Positions 37,990-48,241 are shown, counted from the first letter of the stretch. The stretch is DNA of 64,000 nt from a virus (IMGVR_UViG_2617270980_000003); one strand, 5' to 3'. A program made the numbers and translations. Notes: generated by a model not told the origin, from the letters alone.

Positions 37990-38344
37990 TGCCTGACTCC
38001 TTCACCTTTACTGCACCGCTTACCGGCTGCATTGTTGTGGTAACCAATCCGCCTAACTCAACCGTCACCGCCCCGGCGTCTGAATACGTAATATCAACCT
38101 GGTTAAGTGCTATCCGCGGTTCCCATTGCGTCAGCGCAATCACCGTGGCGCTCATTAGCTGAAGGCGTGTTGTTTCGTTTTTCGGGGCGTCCAGCAAATC
38201 AGGTAACAAGCTGCCGTACGACCGGCGCATTACGCGTGACCCCAACGGCGTCAGCAGGACATCTTTCACGGACTGCCAAAGGTGATCGCTATCTGAAACC
38301 GTCCCTGTGCCGCCCTGGTTCATTCCCGTATATTTCGCCGTCAT
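37976..38344 (-). CDS. W: Baseplate protein W (GPW/gp25 family)
   Basis: 122 aa; position after V. Confidence 0.8.
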   Translation of the reverse strand: MTAKYTGMNQGGTGTVSDSDHLWQSVKDVLLTPLGSRVMRRSYGSLLPDLLDAPKNETTRLQLMSATVIALTQWEPRIALNQVDITYSDAGAVTVELGGLVTTTMQPVSGAVKVKESGNGDS

Positions 38345-38922
38345 GCCGTCCCCTTAGTCCTGCTATTGCCACTCTCAACACCACCATGATCATGATCGTC
38401 AGCCTGGACGCCGTTTGACTTCAGTGCGCCGCCGCTGTGAGTTACATCGCCGGTCATCTTTCCGCCCTCAGTGAAATCAAAGGTTTTCGCTTTCAGATGT
38501 TTTGTGCACTCCACCTCTGGCGCATCGAGCGTGATTTTTGTTGCTGCCTGGATGGTGGCGGTTTTCATTCCGCCGGCACTCAGTGCGCCCGCCTTCGCGT
38601 CATAGCTAAATTCAGCCCCATCAGGCGCGGTGATCATCATCTGCATCAGGCTACTGGCGGGGGCGTCGTTTTCGTTGCTGTAGAGGCTGCCCAGCACAAC
38701 GGCTGTTTCAGGATTGCCGCCCAGACATCCCAGCAAAACCTGTTCGCCCAGCGACGGCGCACACCAGAATTTGAAAGCACCGGCGCGCGTTGTCGTCCAG
38801 CGAAGCCATGTTGTCTGCAAATCATCGCTCTGCACCCGTACACTTTTACCGTCTTTCGATATGTCAAAAACCACGCCCACACGGAGCACGTTAGACAGGA
38901 GGCGCAACAGTTCGGCACTCAT
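38341..38922 (-). CDS. V: Baseplate spike/assembly protein V
   Basis: 193 aa with Gly-rich C-terminus; P2-order position. Confidence 0.8.
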   Translation of the reverse strand: MSAELLRLLSNVLRVGVVFDISKDGKSVRVQSDDLQTTWLRWTTTRAGAFKFWCAPSLGEQVLLGCLGGNPETAVVLGSLYSNENDAPASSLMQMMITAPDGAEFSYDAKAGALSAGGMKTATIQAATKITLDAPEVECTKHLKAKTFDFTEGGKMTGDVTHSGGALKSNGVQADDHDHGGVESGNSRTKGTA

Positions 38923-39557
38923 GCCCCGGCACCCCCCAGGCTGTTAATCACCGCGCTACGGATCAGCGCTTCATCAGCCTTAGAAATTCCCAACAGGACA
39001 CGCGGCGCATACTTCGCAAATGACCCCGGCCCTACCTGCTCACGCAATCCGTACTGATGAATGCGGGCGATACGGGCCGCCATACCGCTGTAACCCACTT
39101 CAGCCCCCTCACTGGATGCCTTCACCTTCATAAAGCGGGCGGTTCTCAGCTTCACGAACATCGGAGCCTTGACCACTTTTGGGCGCTGGCCCGCGCGGGT
39201 ATTAATTTCCGTATAGCGCTCAATATCGGCACGGTAGAACGTGCGGATCTCATTGCGGTCTTCATCAAATCCGGTAATCGTCCGCCCATATTTACCGCGC
39301 CCGCTGTGCCAGTTTTTCAACCGGCGCAACTGCCCTTCCCAGATAAAGGCGATCCCCTGCTGGGTGCGCAGCGTTTTACGGCGGCGTGACGGGTACTGGC
39401 TTCCGTCCGGGTTACGCTGTGCGCGTATGCGCTGTTGCTGGCTAATTCGTAAAACCTTACCCACGGCGCGCGCCGTTCTGGCCCGCCCACTGGATGACGC
39501 CCCCGCCAGGATGTCTGCGAAATACTGATCCAGCGCGTGAACATCACCGGCATTCAT
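38919..39557 (-). CDS. Tail completion / virion morphogenesis protein (P2 gpS position)
   Basis: 212 aa between R-like and V genes. Confidence 0.65.
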   Translation of the reverse strand: MNAGDVHALDQYFADILAGASSSGRARTARAVGKVLRISQQQRIRAQRNPDGSQYPSRRRKTLRTQQGIAFIWEGQLRRLKNWHSGRGKYGRTITGFDEDRNEIRTFYRADIERYTEINTRAGQRPKVVKAPMFVKLRTARFMKVKASSEGAEVGYSGMAARIARIHQYGLREQVGPGSFAKYAPRVLLGISKADEALIRSAVINSLGGAGA

Positions 39558-40006
39558 GGGTTGTCACTCCCAGGTTCGCTCAACATCGCGCCCCACTCTG
39601 GCATCATGCGCGGGCGGGGTTCCGGCTTATGCTTTCCGGTCAGCTTCCCGGCTTCATCACGCGATACAATCACGCGTTCACTAATAGGCAGTTCAAAAAA
39701 CAGATCGGCGGTATCGTCATTATTGATTGCCGTTGTGAACTTAATTTCTTTGTTCTTCTCCGGGTTCAGCAACAGTTGCGGCTGTTCCTGCCACAGCCAG
39801 GCCATCAGCGGCAACGTGAAATCATCCAGATCACCGGCAAAATTCATCACAAAGAGACACAGCGTATAGGCGTAAACAAAGTCAGCCGTTTCGCCGGTCG
39901 TCTCAACATGCCCGGATTCAATAAAAACGCTGAAGGCTTCAGGGTTGGCACGACACCACGGATTAGCCCTGGTGAGCGCGCTACGTAATGAGTTAATTTT
40001 CAGCAT
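39554..40006 (-). CDS. Tail completion protein (P2 gpR-like)
   Basis: 150 aa, after the lysis cassette as in P2. Confidence 0.7.
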   Translation of the reverse strand: MLKINSLRSALTRANPWCRANPEAFSVFIESGHVETTGETADFVYAYTLCLFVMNFAGDLDDFTLPLMAWLWQEQPQLLLNPEKNKEIKFTTAINNDDTADLFFELPISERVIVSRDEAGKLTGKHKPEPRPRMMPEWGAMLSEPGSDNP

Positions 40007-40283
40007 GTGGTTCCCCTCCCCTCTGGCGTGCCAGGCGCAACAGATTTAGCGCCCGGATATCACTCTTATCCGCATTGCAGGTATCAAGCGCGTCATGCAA
40101 CTGATCCGCCCAAATCGCAATACCGCCCCACGTCACCGGCGTTTTCAGTTCCGGCGTGGGCGTTTCATCGGTCAGGCTTTCCGGTATCGGCTCGTGAATC
40201 AGCCGCGTTTGAACTCTTATTTTTTCTGAGCAACCCATCACTGACAGCAACAGGAGCAAGAGCACTGGCACACGAATCATCAC
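39993..40283 (-). CDS. o-spanin (LysC/Rz1-like outer-membrane lipoprotein), overlapping lysB in another frame
   Basis: Signal peptide with lipobox ...LLLLSVMGC; Pro-rich mature part; starts inside lysB frame and extends past it. Confidence 0.6.
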   Translation of the reverse strand: MMIRVPVLLLLLLSVMGCSEKIRVQTRLIHEPIPESLTDETPTPELKTPVTWGGIAIWADQLHDALDTCNADKSDIRALNLLRLARQRGGEPHAEN

Positions 40284-40539
40284 GCATCCCCTCAGTTATG
40301 TTTTTACGGCGTTCTTCACCCGCTAGGTTGCGTGTTTGCTCCGCTTTTTTGGCCTCAGCCAGCACCGCCCGCGCATCAGCAGACAGACCACGCATTTCAC
40401 CTATCACAGCTTCACTTTCATCAAACATGCGCTGTAACTTCTGTTCGTTGTCATCCGCCACGCCGCTTGTATATCCCCGGTAATACCCGGCCCCGTAAGT
40501 AAGAGCGGTTAGCACCAAACCCCATAAAATTGTTTTCAT
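40165..40539 (-). CDS. i-spanin (LysB/Rz-like)
   Basis: N-terminal TM segment, charged coiled-coil rest; follows endolysin. Confidence 0.6.
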   Translation of the reverse strand: MKTILWGLVLTALTYGAGYYRGYTSGVADDNEQKLQRMFDESEAVIGEMRGLSADARAVLAEAKKAEQTRNLAGEERRKNITEGMRDDSCASALAPVAVSDGLLRKNKSSNAADSRADTGKPDR

Positions 40540-41084
40540 TGCGCCCCCGCATCCTTACGGCACCACGCCTGAAAATCAGTGCGCCGATTGACCAGCCCTT
40601 GCGAGCGCTTACCGGCACTGTTTACAAAGTCGGTTAGACGATCACAGACGCCGCCCCAGTTGTGAGCCTGGGCATTTTTCCAGATGGTTGTGCGCTGTTT
40701 GCGGCCCTGTTTATCGGTAAACCACATCAGGCCCGTACAACCCACATTCAGCCCGCCATCAACCATGCTTTCGAACACCTTTTGCGGCATCGCTTCGCCG
40801 TTGAAGTTCTGGTTTACGCAGCGTTCAGAATGCTGCATATCACTAACCCACCGGCGCGCTACTTCAGCGTTGCTGTACTCGCGTTTTTCCACACCACCGG
40901 TGGAGCCGATCCCCACGGTCAACACTCCGGCGGTACAGTAATAAGGCGTGTTTCGGCAGTCTTCCCAGGAGGCTATTTTTTGCTGTGCTTCCGGCGACGT
41001 TCTCAGCGCATCGGGCGACATTGATAAGCCCAGGGCGACAATTACGGCGATAGAGCAACGCTTAATAACCGTCTTCATCGTCAC
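40536..41084 (-). CDS. Putative endolysin with N-terminal signal/anchor (assignment mainly by position between holin and spanins)
   Basis: 182 aa with hydrophobic N-terminus; P2 gene-K position; catalytic family not identified. Confidence 0.55.
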   Translation of the reverse strand: MTMKTVIKRCSIAVIVALGLSMSPDALRTSPEAQQKIASWEDCRNTPYYCTAGVLTVGIGSTGGVEKREYSNAEVARRWVSDMQHSERCVNQNFNGEAMPQKVFESMVDGGLNVGCTGLMWFTDKQGRKQRTTIWKNAQAHNWGGVCDRLTDFVNSAGKRSQGLVNRRTDFQAWCRKDAGAQ

Positions 41085-41358
41085 CCGCCTGGAATTGCGC
41101 CAGCTTCACCCGCTCAAAATCGGTAAGCCCCCGGCGCTCGGCCTGATCAAGAATTTGCTCAATCAGTGAGTTTCGGCGGGCCTGTGCTTTCTCCACCCGC
41201 GCACGATGTACCCAGGCGCGCCAGCCTGACAGGGCACCCAAAACAACACCGGCAACCCCCAACTTTTCATTCCACGTCATCACACCAACACCAACGCTGA
41301 TGGATGAAGAAATCCAGGTAACCCAGTCCCATAGCCGGTGAAACGAATTTAGCTCCAT
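41062..41358 (-). CDS. Putative holin (P2 gpY position)
   Basis: 98 aa with hydrophobic N-terminal half and charged C-terminus; between X and endolysin. Confidence 0.55.
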   Translation of the reverse strand: MELNSFHRLWDWVTWISSSISVGVGVMTWNEKLGVAGVVLGALSGWRAWVHRARVEKAQARRNSLIEQILDQAERRGLTDFERVKLAQFQAGDDEDGY

Positions 41359-41555
41359 AACTGCACCATCTCTTGTGCGGGCTGGGTATCAATGTCCGGC
41401 ATTTCAACCACCTGCCCTGCGTTTAAAAAAACCTGCCCACTCAGACCCGGATTGGCGGTCAATACTTCTTCAGTAACGCCTTTGGTCTTTCCGTAGTGCC
41501 GGTGGCATAGCTGATCCAGCGTATCGCCCTGTAACGCGGTGACCTTCATCAGCAC
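41349..41555 (-). CDS. X: Tail protein X (P2 gpX-like, LysM-like)
   Basis: 68 aa (P2 X 67 aa) between L and holin. Confidence 0.75.
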   Translation of the reverse strand: MLMKVTALQGDTLDQLCHRHYGKTKGVTEEVLTANPGLSGQVFLNAGQVVEMPDIDTQPAQEMVQLWS

Positions 41556-42046
41556 AACTCCGCATAAACGCGCGGCTTGCGCTGGATGTCTGCAATACCC
41601 CAGCGCGCATCACGCCAGAGATCTTCGCGTTGCAAATCCAGCGCGGCGGCGTCTTTGTCGCCTTTTGGCGTGGTATCAACGTCCCGATAACCTTCAATCA
41701 CCAGGGCACGGGCAATGGAATAAACCGCGCGACGGTAGCGGTACACCTTCACGCTCTCGCCGTTTATCTCCACGGCGGGCACATTCTTCAGCGCCTCATA
41801 GCCCAGCCCCTGCTGATTGATCTGCCACTCTTCAAGCTGCTCAATGACATGTGCCACGGCCTCAGTAGTGACGTGCATCAGTCGCGAAGTGGTGACACCG
41901 CCGGTAATACGCGCGGCAAGGCGCAAATCCTTCAGGTTAATGACAGGCCAGAAACTTCCCGCCGTTACCGTGGAATCACCGTCATCAACATCAGTTACAT
42001 CACTGCCAGGCGGAAACGGCGTTTTTGTGGCAACCAGGCTACTCAT
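41549..42046 (-). CDS. L: Head completion/stabilisation protein (P2 gpL-like)
   Basis: 165 aa following M. Confidence 0.75.
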   Translation of the reverse strand: MSSLVATKTPFPPGSDVTDVDDGDSTVTAGSFWPVINLKDLRLAARITGGVTTSRLMHVTTEAVAHVIEQLEEWQINQQGLGYEALKNVPAVEINGESVKVYRYRRAVYSIARALVIEGYRDVDTTPKGDKDAAALDLQREDLWRDARWGIADIQRKPRVYAELC

Positions 42047-42143
42047 GAGCGCTCCTTAAAAAGTCAGGAGGTGGACACGCGGTGAAAAGACCAGTTACGG
42101 GCAGATCTCCGCGCGTGCCTCCTGTCGGTCGGGGCCGAAGTCG

Positions 42144-42968
42144 TTAAGATTCTTTTTTATCTTTCGCCGTTTTACGCGGTGCGCGTTTTTTTGCTGCCGG
42201 TTTCTCAGCTTTATCCGCGCTCGGCTTACGTTTGGTTTTCTTCTCTGCGACAACCGGCACAGGCACCGGTTGTGCTGTCGCTTCCGGTTGCGGGGCCGCC
42301 AGCTTCTTCAGCTCGCGTGAAATAGACTGCATTTCACGTTTCACGCCCGCTGCGGGGTTCAGTTCCGTCGCACGGCGAAACAGTTTTAGCGCTTCGCCTT
42401 TTGTCTCATTGTCAGCCGTTCCACGGCGCGAGAAGGCGCGGGCCTTGCAGAGCTTGGATTGCACTTCATCCGGCATATCAGCACCGGCGACAATCTCCGC
42501 CAGTTCATCCAGCACGGTGATATAAGCCGACATATCCGCCTCAACGTCAGTCATCGCCACGTTCAGCGCCTGGTTACTGATTTCTTCAGTCAGCATCACC
42601 GGCGCAGTACGTTTGAAGTCGTCACGCATAGACAGGCCATGCTTCACCACATAGCGCCCAATCTTGAGCGCTTGCGGGTAGTCCTGGCAGTCAATCGCCC
42701 ACAGCATCATCGTGGTGATCACTTCATCCTGTCGCCCGCTGTCGCCCTCCAGAGTCCCATCAATCCAGCCCTGGTAACCCGGCAACATGTCACGCTTCAT
42801 CACTGCTTTTGTTTCAGTAGACTGCACCGCTTTAAGAGAGGCCTGATCGAGGCGTAGACGATGCAAAATTTGCTCATGCGCGGTACGCACAACGCTATGT
42901 TGCGCGGCACTGTCTCCGCGTCGATCAGCCATCACTTTCTGAAAGTGTTTTTGCGCTGGGGTTAACAT
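42144..42968 (-). CDS. M: Terminase endonuclease (small) subunit (P2 gpM-like)
   Basis: 274 aa with Lys-rich C-terminal tail; follows capsid gene. Confidence 0.8.
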   Translation of the reverse strand: MLTPAQKHFQKVMADRRGDSAAQHSVVRTAHEQILHRLRLDQASLKAVQSTETKAVMKRDMLPGYQGWIDGTLEGDSGRQDEVITTMMLWAIDCQDYPQALKIGRYVVKHGLSMRDDFKRTAPVMLTEEISNQALNVAMTDVEADMSAYITVLDELAEIVAGADMPDEVQSKLCKARAFSRRGTADNETKGEALKLFRRATELNPAAGVKREMQSISRELKKLAAPQPEATAQPVPVPVVAEKKTKRKPSADKAEKPAAKKRAPRKTAKDKKES

Positions 42969-43011
42969 TTTTGTCTCCAGGTGGCGGGCGCATATGCGCC
43001 CGCAATTGCAG

Positions 43012-44097
43012 TTACGCGCCCGCGTTCTCGTCAGGCTCTACGGATAACGATGCCGGGGCGGCCTCCGCGAAGGTGATCCCGTCAATGAATGCGCATTTGC
43101 CGTAGTCTTCTACAACGAAGTCATCGTTTGAGGACTGGTAGTTAGCCACGCGGTTATATTGCGGTTCCTCTTTGATGGTTCGACGCAGTGCGCCCAACTG
43201 GTAATACACAGAGAGGTTTTTCAGCGACGTGATCAGCACACAGTCATCAGGCATGTACGGTGCGAAGACCACCGGCAGACCGCCAACTTTTTCACTGGAC
43301 ACAATCAACTGTGCCGCGATCAATTCGCTGTTCGGGTTGGTCTGGCTCAGGGCGTTCAGTTTCGGGAAATAGCTACTGGTCAACAGATCAGAAGACAGGA
43401 TCACAACCAGATCAGGCGCTTTGCGGTGCCACGAATCCAACAGCGTGTTTTTGGCGTCAAAAACAGCCGCGTCCAGGTTGCCGTAAGTACCTTTGGCGAC
43501 GATTTTGTTGTCTTCATCGCGCGCAGTCAGCGTGACTTTGCTGATGATGCGGTGCGGGGCGTCATTGCGGATTTTCTGAAGCCAGCCAACGCCACAATCC
43601 TGCAACAGCGGATTCGTGGCACGGTCAGACACTTCAGCGTATGACGTACCATTAAAACCAATCATGATACGGTCCAGTGCAATCTGGCGGGCGTTTGCCG
43701 CGCTGATCAGTGACTGGAAATTAGGTTGCATAGACCAGGCATCCAGCTGTGAATAGCTGGAGCTAGAGTCGTAGTTGGTTTTACGGCAGCGGTACGTGCT
43801 CGGCTCTTTAGAGTGATTGTCTACCGGGTTGCGGCGGGGGGGGCCGTCGCTGCTGTTGTTGGTACTGGCGATCGGGCCTTTGCTACCAATCAGGATTTTT
43901 TGGCCTTCCTGGGCTTTTACCGGGAATACGTTAATTTTCTTCAGAAAATCATCGCTTTCCATTGAAGCGGCTTCCATACGCTGCTGCACAGCCGGTTCAA
44001 CGCTGAAGGACTTGGCGACATCATCAGAGCGCACGCCATTTAAGTTGGCTTGGCGATCGATATAGCCGTTAAAAAGTACGCGGGTACTGTTTTCCAT
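43012..44097 (-). CDS. N: Major capsid protein (P2 gpN-like)
   Basis: 361 aa (P2 N 357 aa) between O and M. Confidence 0.85.
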   Translation of the reverse strand: MENSTRVLFNGYIDRQANLNGVRSDDVAKSFSVEPAVQQRMEAASMESDDFLKKINVFPVKAQEGQKILIGSKGPIASTNNSSDGPPRRNPVDNHSKEPSTYRCRKTNYDSSSSYSQLDAWSMQPNFQSLISAANARQIALDRIMIGFNGTSYAEVSDRATNPLLQDCGVGWLQKIRNDAPHRIISKVTLTARDEDNKIVAKGTYGNLDAAVFDAKNTLLDSWHRKAPDLVVILSSDLLTSSYFPKLNALSQTNPNSELIAAQLIVSSEKVGGLPVVFAPYMPDDCVLITSLKNLSVYYQLGALRRTIKEEPQYNRVANYQSSNDDFVVEDYGKCAFIDGITFAEAAPASLSVEPDENAGA

Positions 44098-44120
44098 GTG
44101 TTTTATTCTCGCTTGCGTGG

Positions 44121-44960
44121 TTAGTAATCGGCTTGTTCGACGCCGGTGTTACCGCCCTGTGCGGGCTGGCGGCTGAAAGTGCTGGCGTCCTGCTTTGCCA
44201 GTGTGTTTTTCAGGTCGGTCAGTTCGCTGGTCAACTTCTGAATTTCCTTTGCGTCGTCAGCGCGCTGGCTTCTCAGTTCCACCACCTGATCGATAAGGCC
44301 CGCCTGAGACGTGGCGACACCTTCAACCACTTCGCGCACCTGGCTGAATTGCTCACTGTCGGTTTTATGGTTTTTGGTCAGAATTTCCTTCATGCGGCTA
44401 AACCACTTGCTGCCTTCATCACTTCGCTGCTCAGCCAGTTCGATCACTTCCGCTTCAATGGCGTCAGAGAACATCGCGCTTTCGCCCTGCTGTTTATTGA
44501 ATGCCTGCACCTGCTGGCGCTGCTGGGCCGCAAACTTCAGGCGATCAGTACCCAGACTTGCCGGGGTATCAGTCATCGCCATGCCGACAATGTAGGCCTT
44601 ACCGTTCAGTGCAAATTGCGGGTGCAATTCAATACTGGAATAGACTTTCTTACCGGCATCTGTCAGCGCTTTCATTTGCGCTGACGGTTCAATTTCCGCA
44701 TATAACGCAGTGCGCCCTGCTAGCGGACCTTCAGTAATGTCCTCAGCGCTAAGCGCCGTAACATCCCCCATCGCACCAAAATCACTGCCTGGATAAGGCG
44801 AGAGATAATGTTCAACATTCACGCGAGCGCCGTAAACGTCCTGGCTATAGCTCGCGGCAGCATCACGGAGGTGATCTGGTCGAATTTCGCGACCGTCAAC
44901 GGTGGCACCGGAGACGGCAACGCGGAATTTCTTCCGGGTAGGTTTGCTGGTTTCACTCAT
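44121..44960 (-). CDS. O: Capsid scaffolding protein (P2 gpO-like)
   Basis: 279 aa; ...VYSSIELHPQFALNGKAYIVGMAMTDTPASLGTDRL... parallels P2 O as recalled. Confidence 0.85.
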   Translation of the reverse strand: MSETSKPTRKKFRVAVSGATVDGREIRPDHLRDAAASYSQDVYGARVNVEHYLSPYPGSDFGAMGDVTALSAEDITEGPLAGRTALYAEIEPSAQMKALTDAGKKVYSSIELHPQFALNGKAYIVGMAMTDTPASLGTDRLKFAAQQRQQVQAFNKQQGESAMFSDAIEAEVIELAEQRSDEGSKWFSRMKEILTKNHKTDSEQFSQVREVVEGVATSQAGLIDQVVELRSQRADDAKEIQKLTSELTDLKNTLAKQDASTFSRQPAQGGNTGVEQADY

Positions 44961-45033
44961 GTTCTTTCCTGCCGGTTGGTTTCTGTTTTTCCATGATGTC
45001 AGTTGCTAAGTCATTGTCTCAACGCGTTTTAGT

Positions 45034-45051
45034 TGTCAGAGACGGCCCACA
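45034..45051. promoter_or_regulatory. Ogr-type late-promoter activator site (TGT-N12-ACA) between divergent O and P
   Basis: TGTcagagacggcccACA, roughly equidistant (~75-82 bp) from O ATG 44960 and P ATG 45117. Confidence 0.6.
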
Positions 45052-45116
45052 ACCCAAACAGCGGGAACGGCCCACGCGCGCGGGTTAATCTCTCCATCGA
45101 AACGAGAGGACACCGC

Positions 45117-46841
45117 ATGATCCAGGACGCATTTGTAAGACAGAGAGCAAAGCAGCTTTACTGGCAGGGCTACCCGCCAGCAGAGATCGCACGCCTGATG
45201 GGTATCAGTCAGAACACGGTTTATTCGTGGAAAAAGCGCGACGAATGGGACGAAACGCCCGCGATTCAGCGCGTCACACAATCTATTGATGCCCGGTTAT
45301 GCCAAATCGCGATGAAACCAACAAAGACCGGCGGCGATCTGAAGGAAATCGACGCGCTCACGCGCCAGGTGAAGAAGCTGGCAGAAGGCCAACCGGCGCA
45401 ACCCTTCAAGAAAGCGCGCGCGGGCAAGAAGAAAAACCACTTCACCGAAGCGCAGATCGCCGCGCTGCGGGAAAAAATTCAGGACTCTCTGGCCTGGCAT
45501 CAGCAGGGATGGTTTGAACAGCGCCAGCAACGAAACCGCATGATCCTGAAAAGTCGCCAGATTGGCGCAACCTGGTATTTTGCCCGCGAAGCGCTATTAC
45601 AGGCGCTGCGGGATGACGTTAAGCACGGATACCAACGCAACCAGATTTTTCTGTCAGCGTCACGCCGCCAGGCGCACCAGTTCCGGGGATTCATTCAGAA
45701 GATTGCCGAAGAGGTAGACGTAGAACTAAAGGGCGGTGACAAAATTTTGCTGTCTAACGGGGCTGAATTGCATTTTCTCGGCACGTCTGCCGCTACTGCG
45801 CAGAGCTACACCGGCAACCTGTTTTTTGATGAATTTTTCTGGGTAGGCAACTTTGCCAACCTTCGCAAAGTGGCTGGCGCTATGGCAACCCTGAAAGGGC
45901 TTACGCGCACTTACTTTTCAACGCCATCGAGCGAAAGCCACGAAGCCTACCCCTTCTGGACGGGCAAGCGCTGGAATGAGAAGCGGGCCAAGTCCAGCAG
46001 GGTAGACTTCGACACAAGCTGGAAAACGCTAAACAGCGGCCTATTGTGCCCGGACAAAACCTGGCGGCAGATTGTCACCCTAAAGGACGTGATCGACCAC
46101 GGCTGGGAGTTCACCGACCTGGAAGAAATCCAGGACGAAAACACCCCGGACGAATACACCAACCTGTACATGTGTGAGTTCGTCAGAGAAGGCGAGGCTG
46201 TTTTCTCACTCAATCAGCTACTGACGTGTGGCGCGGACGGCTACGACGACTGGCAGGACTGGAAACCCTACGCACCCCGCCCGCTGGGTGATCGTGAAGT
46301 CTGGATAGGCTACGACGCCAACGGCGGCAGCGGCAACGGTGACAGCGGCGCTGTTTCCGTGGTTGCCCCTCCCCTTGTCAGTGGCGGCAAGTTCCGCACG
46401 ATAGAGACGCGCCAGCTACGCGGGATGGAGTTTGAAGAACAGGCCAAAGTGATCGAAGACCTGACGATGAAATATAACGTTCGACACATCGCAATTGACG
46501 GCACCGGCATCGGTGAAGCGGTCTGGCAACTGGTCAAAAAGTTCTTCCCGGCTTCGGTCTGTTTCATAATGTCGCTGTCATCAAAGCGCACCCTGGTACT
46601 GAAAATGCAACAGGTGATCCGCGCGGGGCGCTGGGAGTATGACCGCAGTGAACAGGCGCTAGTGTCAGCATTCAACGCTGTCAGAAAGATCACCACCCCC
46701 GGCGGACAAGTCACTTATGACACCGACCGCGCGCGCGGAGTCAGTCACGGCGACTTAGCCTGGGCCAATATGCTGGCAGTCATCAACGAGCCGCTTGGAC
46801 GCGAGAACGGCGGCGGCGGTAGTTTCGTTATGGAGTTTTAA
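45117..46841 (+). CDS. P: Terminase ATPase (large) subunit (P2 gpP-like); track start 45033 is TTG upstream of the promoter element
   Basis: ATG 45117 preceded by GAGAGGA; 574 aa; divergent from O as in P2. Confidence 0.9.
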   Translation: MIQDAFVRQRAKQLYWQGYPPAEIARLMGISQNTVYSWKKRDEWDETPAIQRVTQSIDARLCQIAMKPTKTGGDLKEIDALTRQVKKLAEGQPAQPFKKARAGKKKNHFTEAQIAALREKIQDSLAWHQQGWFEQRQQRNRMILKSRQIGATWYFAREALLQALRDDVKHGYQRNQIFLSASRRQAHQFRGFIQKIAEEVDVELKGGDKILLSNGAELHFLGTSAATAQSYTGNLFFDEFFWVGNFANLRKVAGAMATLKGLTRTYFSTPSSESHEAYPFWTGKRWNEKRAKSSRVDFDTSWKTLNSGLLCPDKTWRQIVTLKDVIDHGWEFTDLEEIQDENTPDEYTNLYMCEFVREGEAVFSLNQLLTCGADGYDDWQDWKPYAPRPLGDREVWIGYDANGGSGNGDSGAVSVVAPPLVSGGKFRTIETRQLRGMEFEEQAKVIEDLTMKYNVRHIAIDGTGIGEAVWQLVKKFFPASVCFIMSLSSKRTLVLKMQQVIRAGRWEYDRSEQALVSAFNAVRKITTPGGQVTYDTDRARGVSHGDLAWANMLAVINEPLGRENGGGGSFVMEF

Positions 46842-47902
46842 TGAACACAACAACACATGAAAGCGGTATGACCATGCTTACTGACGGCGCGCAACAGGCT
46901 GATATTGGCGAAGCACTAAAGCGCGATCCCGCTCTGAGCGCCTTCACCTTTGATGGGCCATACCAGGTCGCGGACGCTTACGACCTACTCGACAATATGT
47001 ATTGCGCCGACAACGGCAGATATTACGAAACGCCGGTGGACTGGTACGGGCTTGCGCGTTCATTCGGCAAAGCATCCTGGCACCAGTCAGCGCTGTACTT
47101 CAAGCGCAACGCGCTGGCGGGATGCTTTATTCCACACCCGCTACTGTCTCGCCAGACGTTCTCCGCCCTGGCGCTTGACTGGTTTGTGTTTGGCAACTTC
47201 TATCTTGAAGAACGAAAGAACCGGCTAGGCGGGCGGCTACCGCTTCGCCATTCCCCTGCGAAGTACACCCGGCGCGGCACCGACCTGGACACGTACTGGT
47301 TTATCAGGCAGTGGAAAGACGAATGCGCCTTTGAAACCGGCACAGTTTGCCACGTGCTGAACCCCGATATTCACCAGGAAATCTACGGGATGCCGGAATA
47401 TATGGGCACCCTGCTGTCAGCCAGCCTGTCACACTCGGCGGACATGTTTCGCAAAATGTACTATGAGAACGGATCTCATGCTGGCTGCATTCTTTACATC
47501 GGCACATCACAGGTAGATGACGCTGGTGTAAAACAGATACAGCAAACACTGGCAGGAGCCAGGAACAAAGGCGCATTTAAGAACGTAGTGATCCACGCAC
47601 CAGGCGGCGGCAAAGATGGGGTACAACTGATGCCCTTCAGCCAGATATCTGCAAAGGATGAGTTTTTAAATATTAAATCAGCTACGCGTGATGACATCCT
47701 TGCCGCTCACCGCGTACCACCGCAACTGATGGGGGCCATGCCGGACGGCAACGGCTCATTCGGTGATATGGAGAAAGCCGCGCGCGTGTTTGCCATCAAC
47801 GAACTGATGCCAGCAATGGAAGCACTGAAGCACGTCAACGACTGGCTTGGCGAAGAAGTGATCCGCTTTAAACCTTACGCCCTGCTTGAATCCACCAAAT
47901 AA
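46841..47902 (+). CDS. Q: Portal protein (P2 gpQ-like)
   Basis: 353 aa, start overlaps P stop. Confidence 0.9.
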   Translation: MNTTTHESGMTMLTDGAQQADIGEALKRDPALSAFTFDGPYQVADAYDLLDNMYCADNGRYYETPVDWYGLARSFGKASWHQSALYFKRNALAGCFIPHPLLSRQTFSALALDWFVFGNFYLEERKNRLGGRLPLRHSPAKYTRRGTDLDTYWFIRQWKDECAFETGTVCHVLNPDIHQEIYGMPEYMGTLLSASLSHSADMFRKMYYENGSHAGCILYIGTSQVDDAGVKQIQQTLAGARNKGAFKNVVIHAPGGGKDGVQLMPFSQISAKDEFLNIKSATRDDILAAHRVPPQLMGAMPDGNGSFGDMEKAARVFAINELMPAMEALKHVNDWLGEEVIRFKPYALLESTK

Positions 47903-47908
47903 CCACAC

Positions 47909-47927
47909 CGCCGCCAGTCCGGCGGCG
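47909..47927 (+). terminator. Hairpin after Q (weak terminator)
   Basis: CGCCGCC-agtcc-GGCGGCG, followed by only a short CTCTT run. Confidence 0.35.
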
Positions 47928-48059
47928 CTCTTAGCATCACATCAACACACGGCGCGCCAGCGCCATTCTAAGCGCCCCATCATCTAAACACGCCATTACC
48001 CGCACACAACACACAGAACGCAGCAGCGCGCCAGAATTGCGCCAATTTCCCTATATTTG

Positions 48060-48130
48060 AGGCATCCCCCTACCCACCCGCCGCGCGGGCTTTCCCCCCG
48101 TCACCTGCGCGCAACGAACACTCGTGTTTT
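48060..48130. other. Probable P2-type cos region (approximate)
   Basis: GC-rich ...GCGCGGGCTTTCCCCCCGTCACC... between portal gene and cargo, where cos lies in P2; resemblance to P2 cos from memory only. Confidence 0.3.
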
Positions 48131-48241
48131 CGTGCACTTGCAGATCCACCGCCAGCCCCCGCAGATCCTGCCTCGATAATCCCAAAAAGGGGCTGATTTT
48201 ATTGTGCATTTTTGCGCACAATCGTGCATCACTTTACTCTA

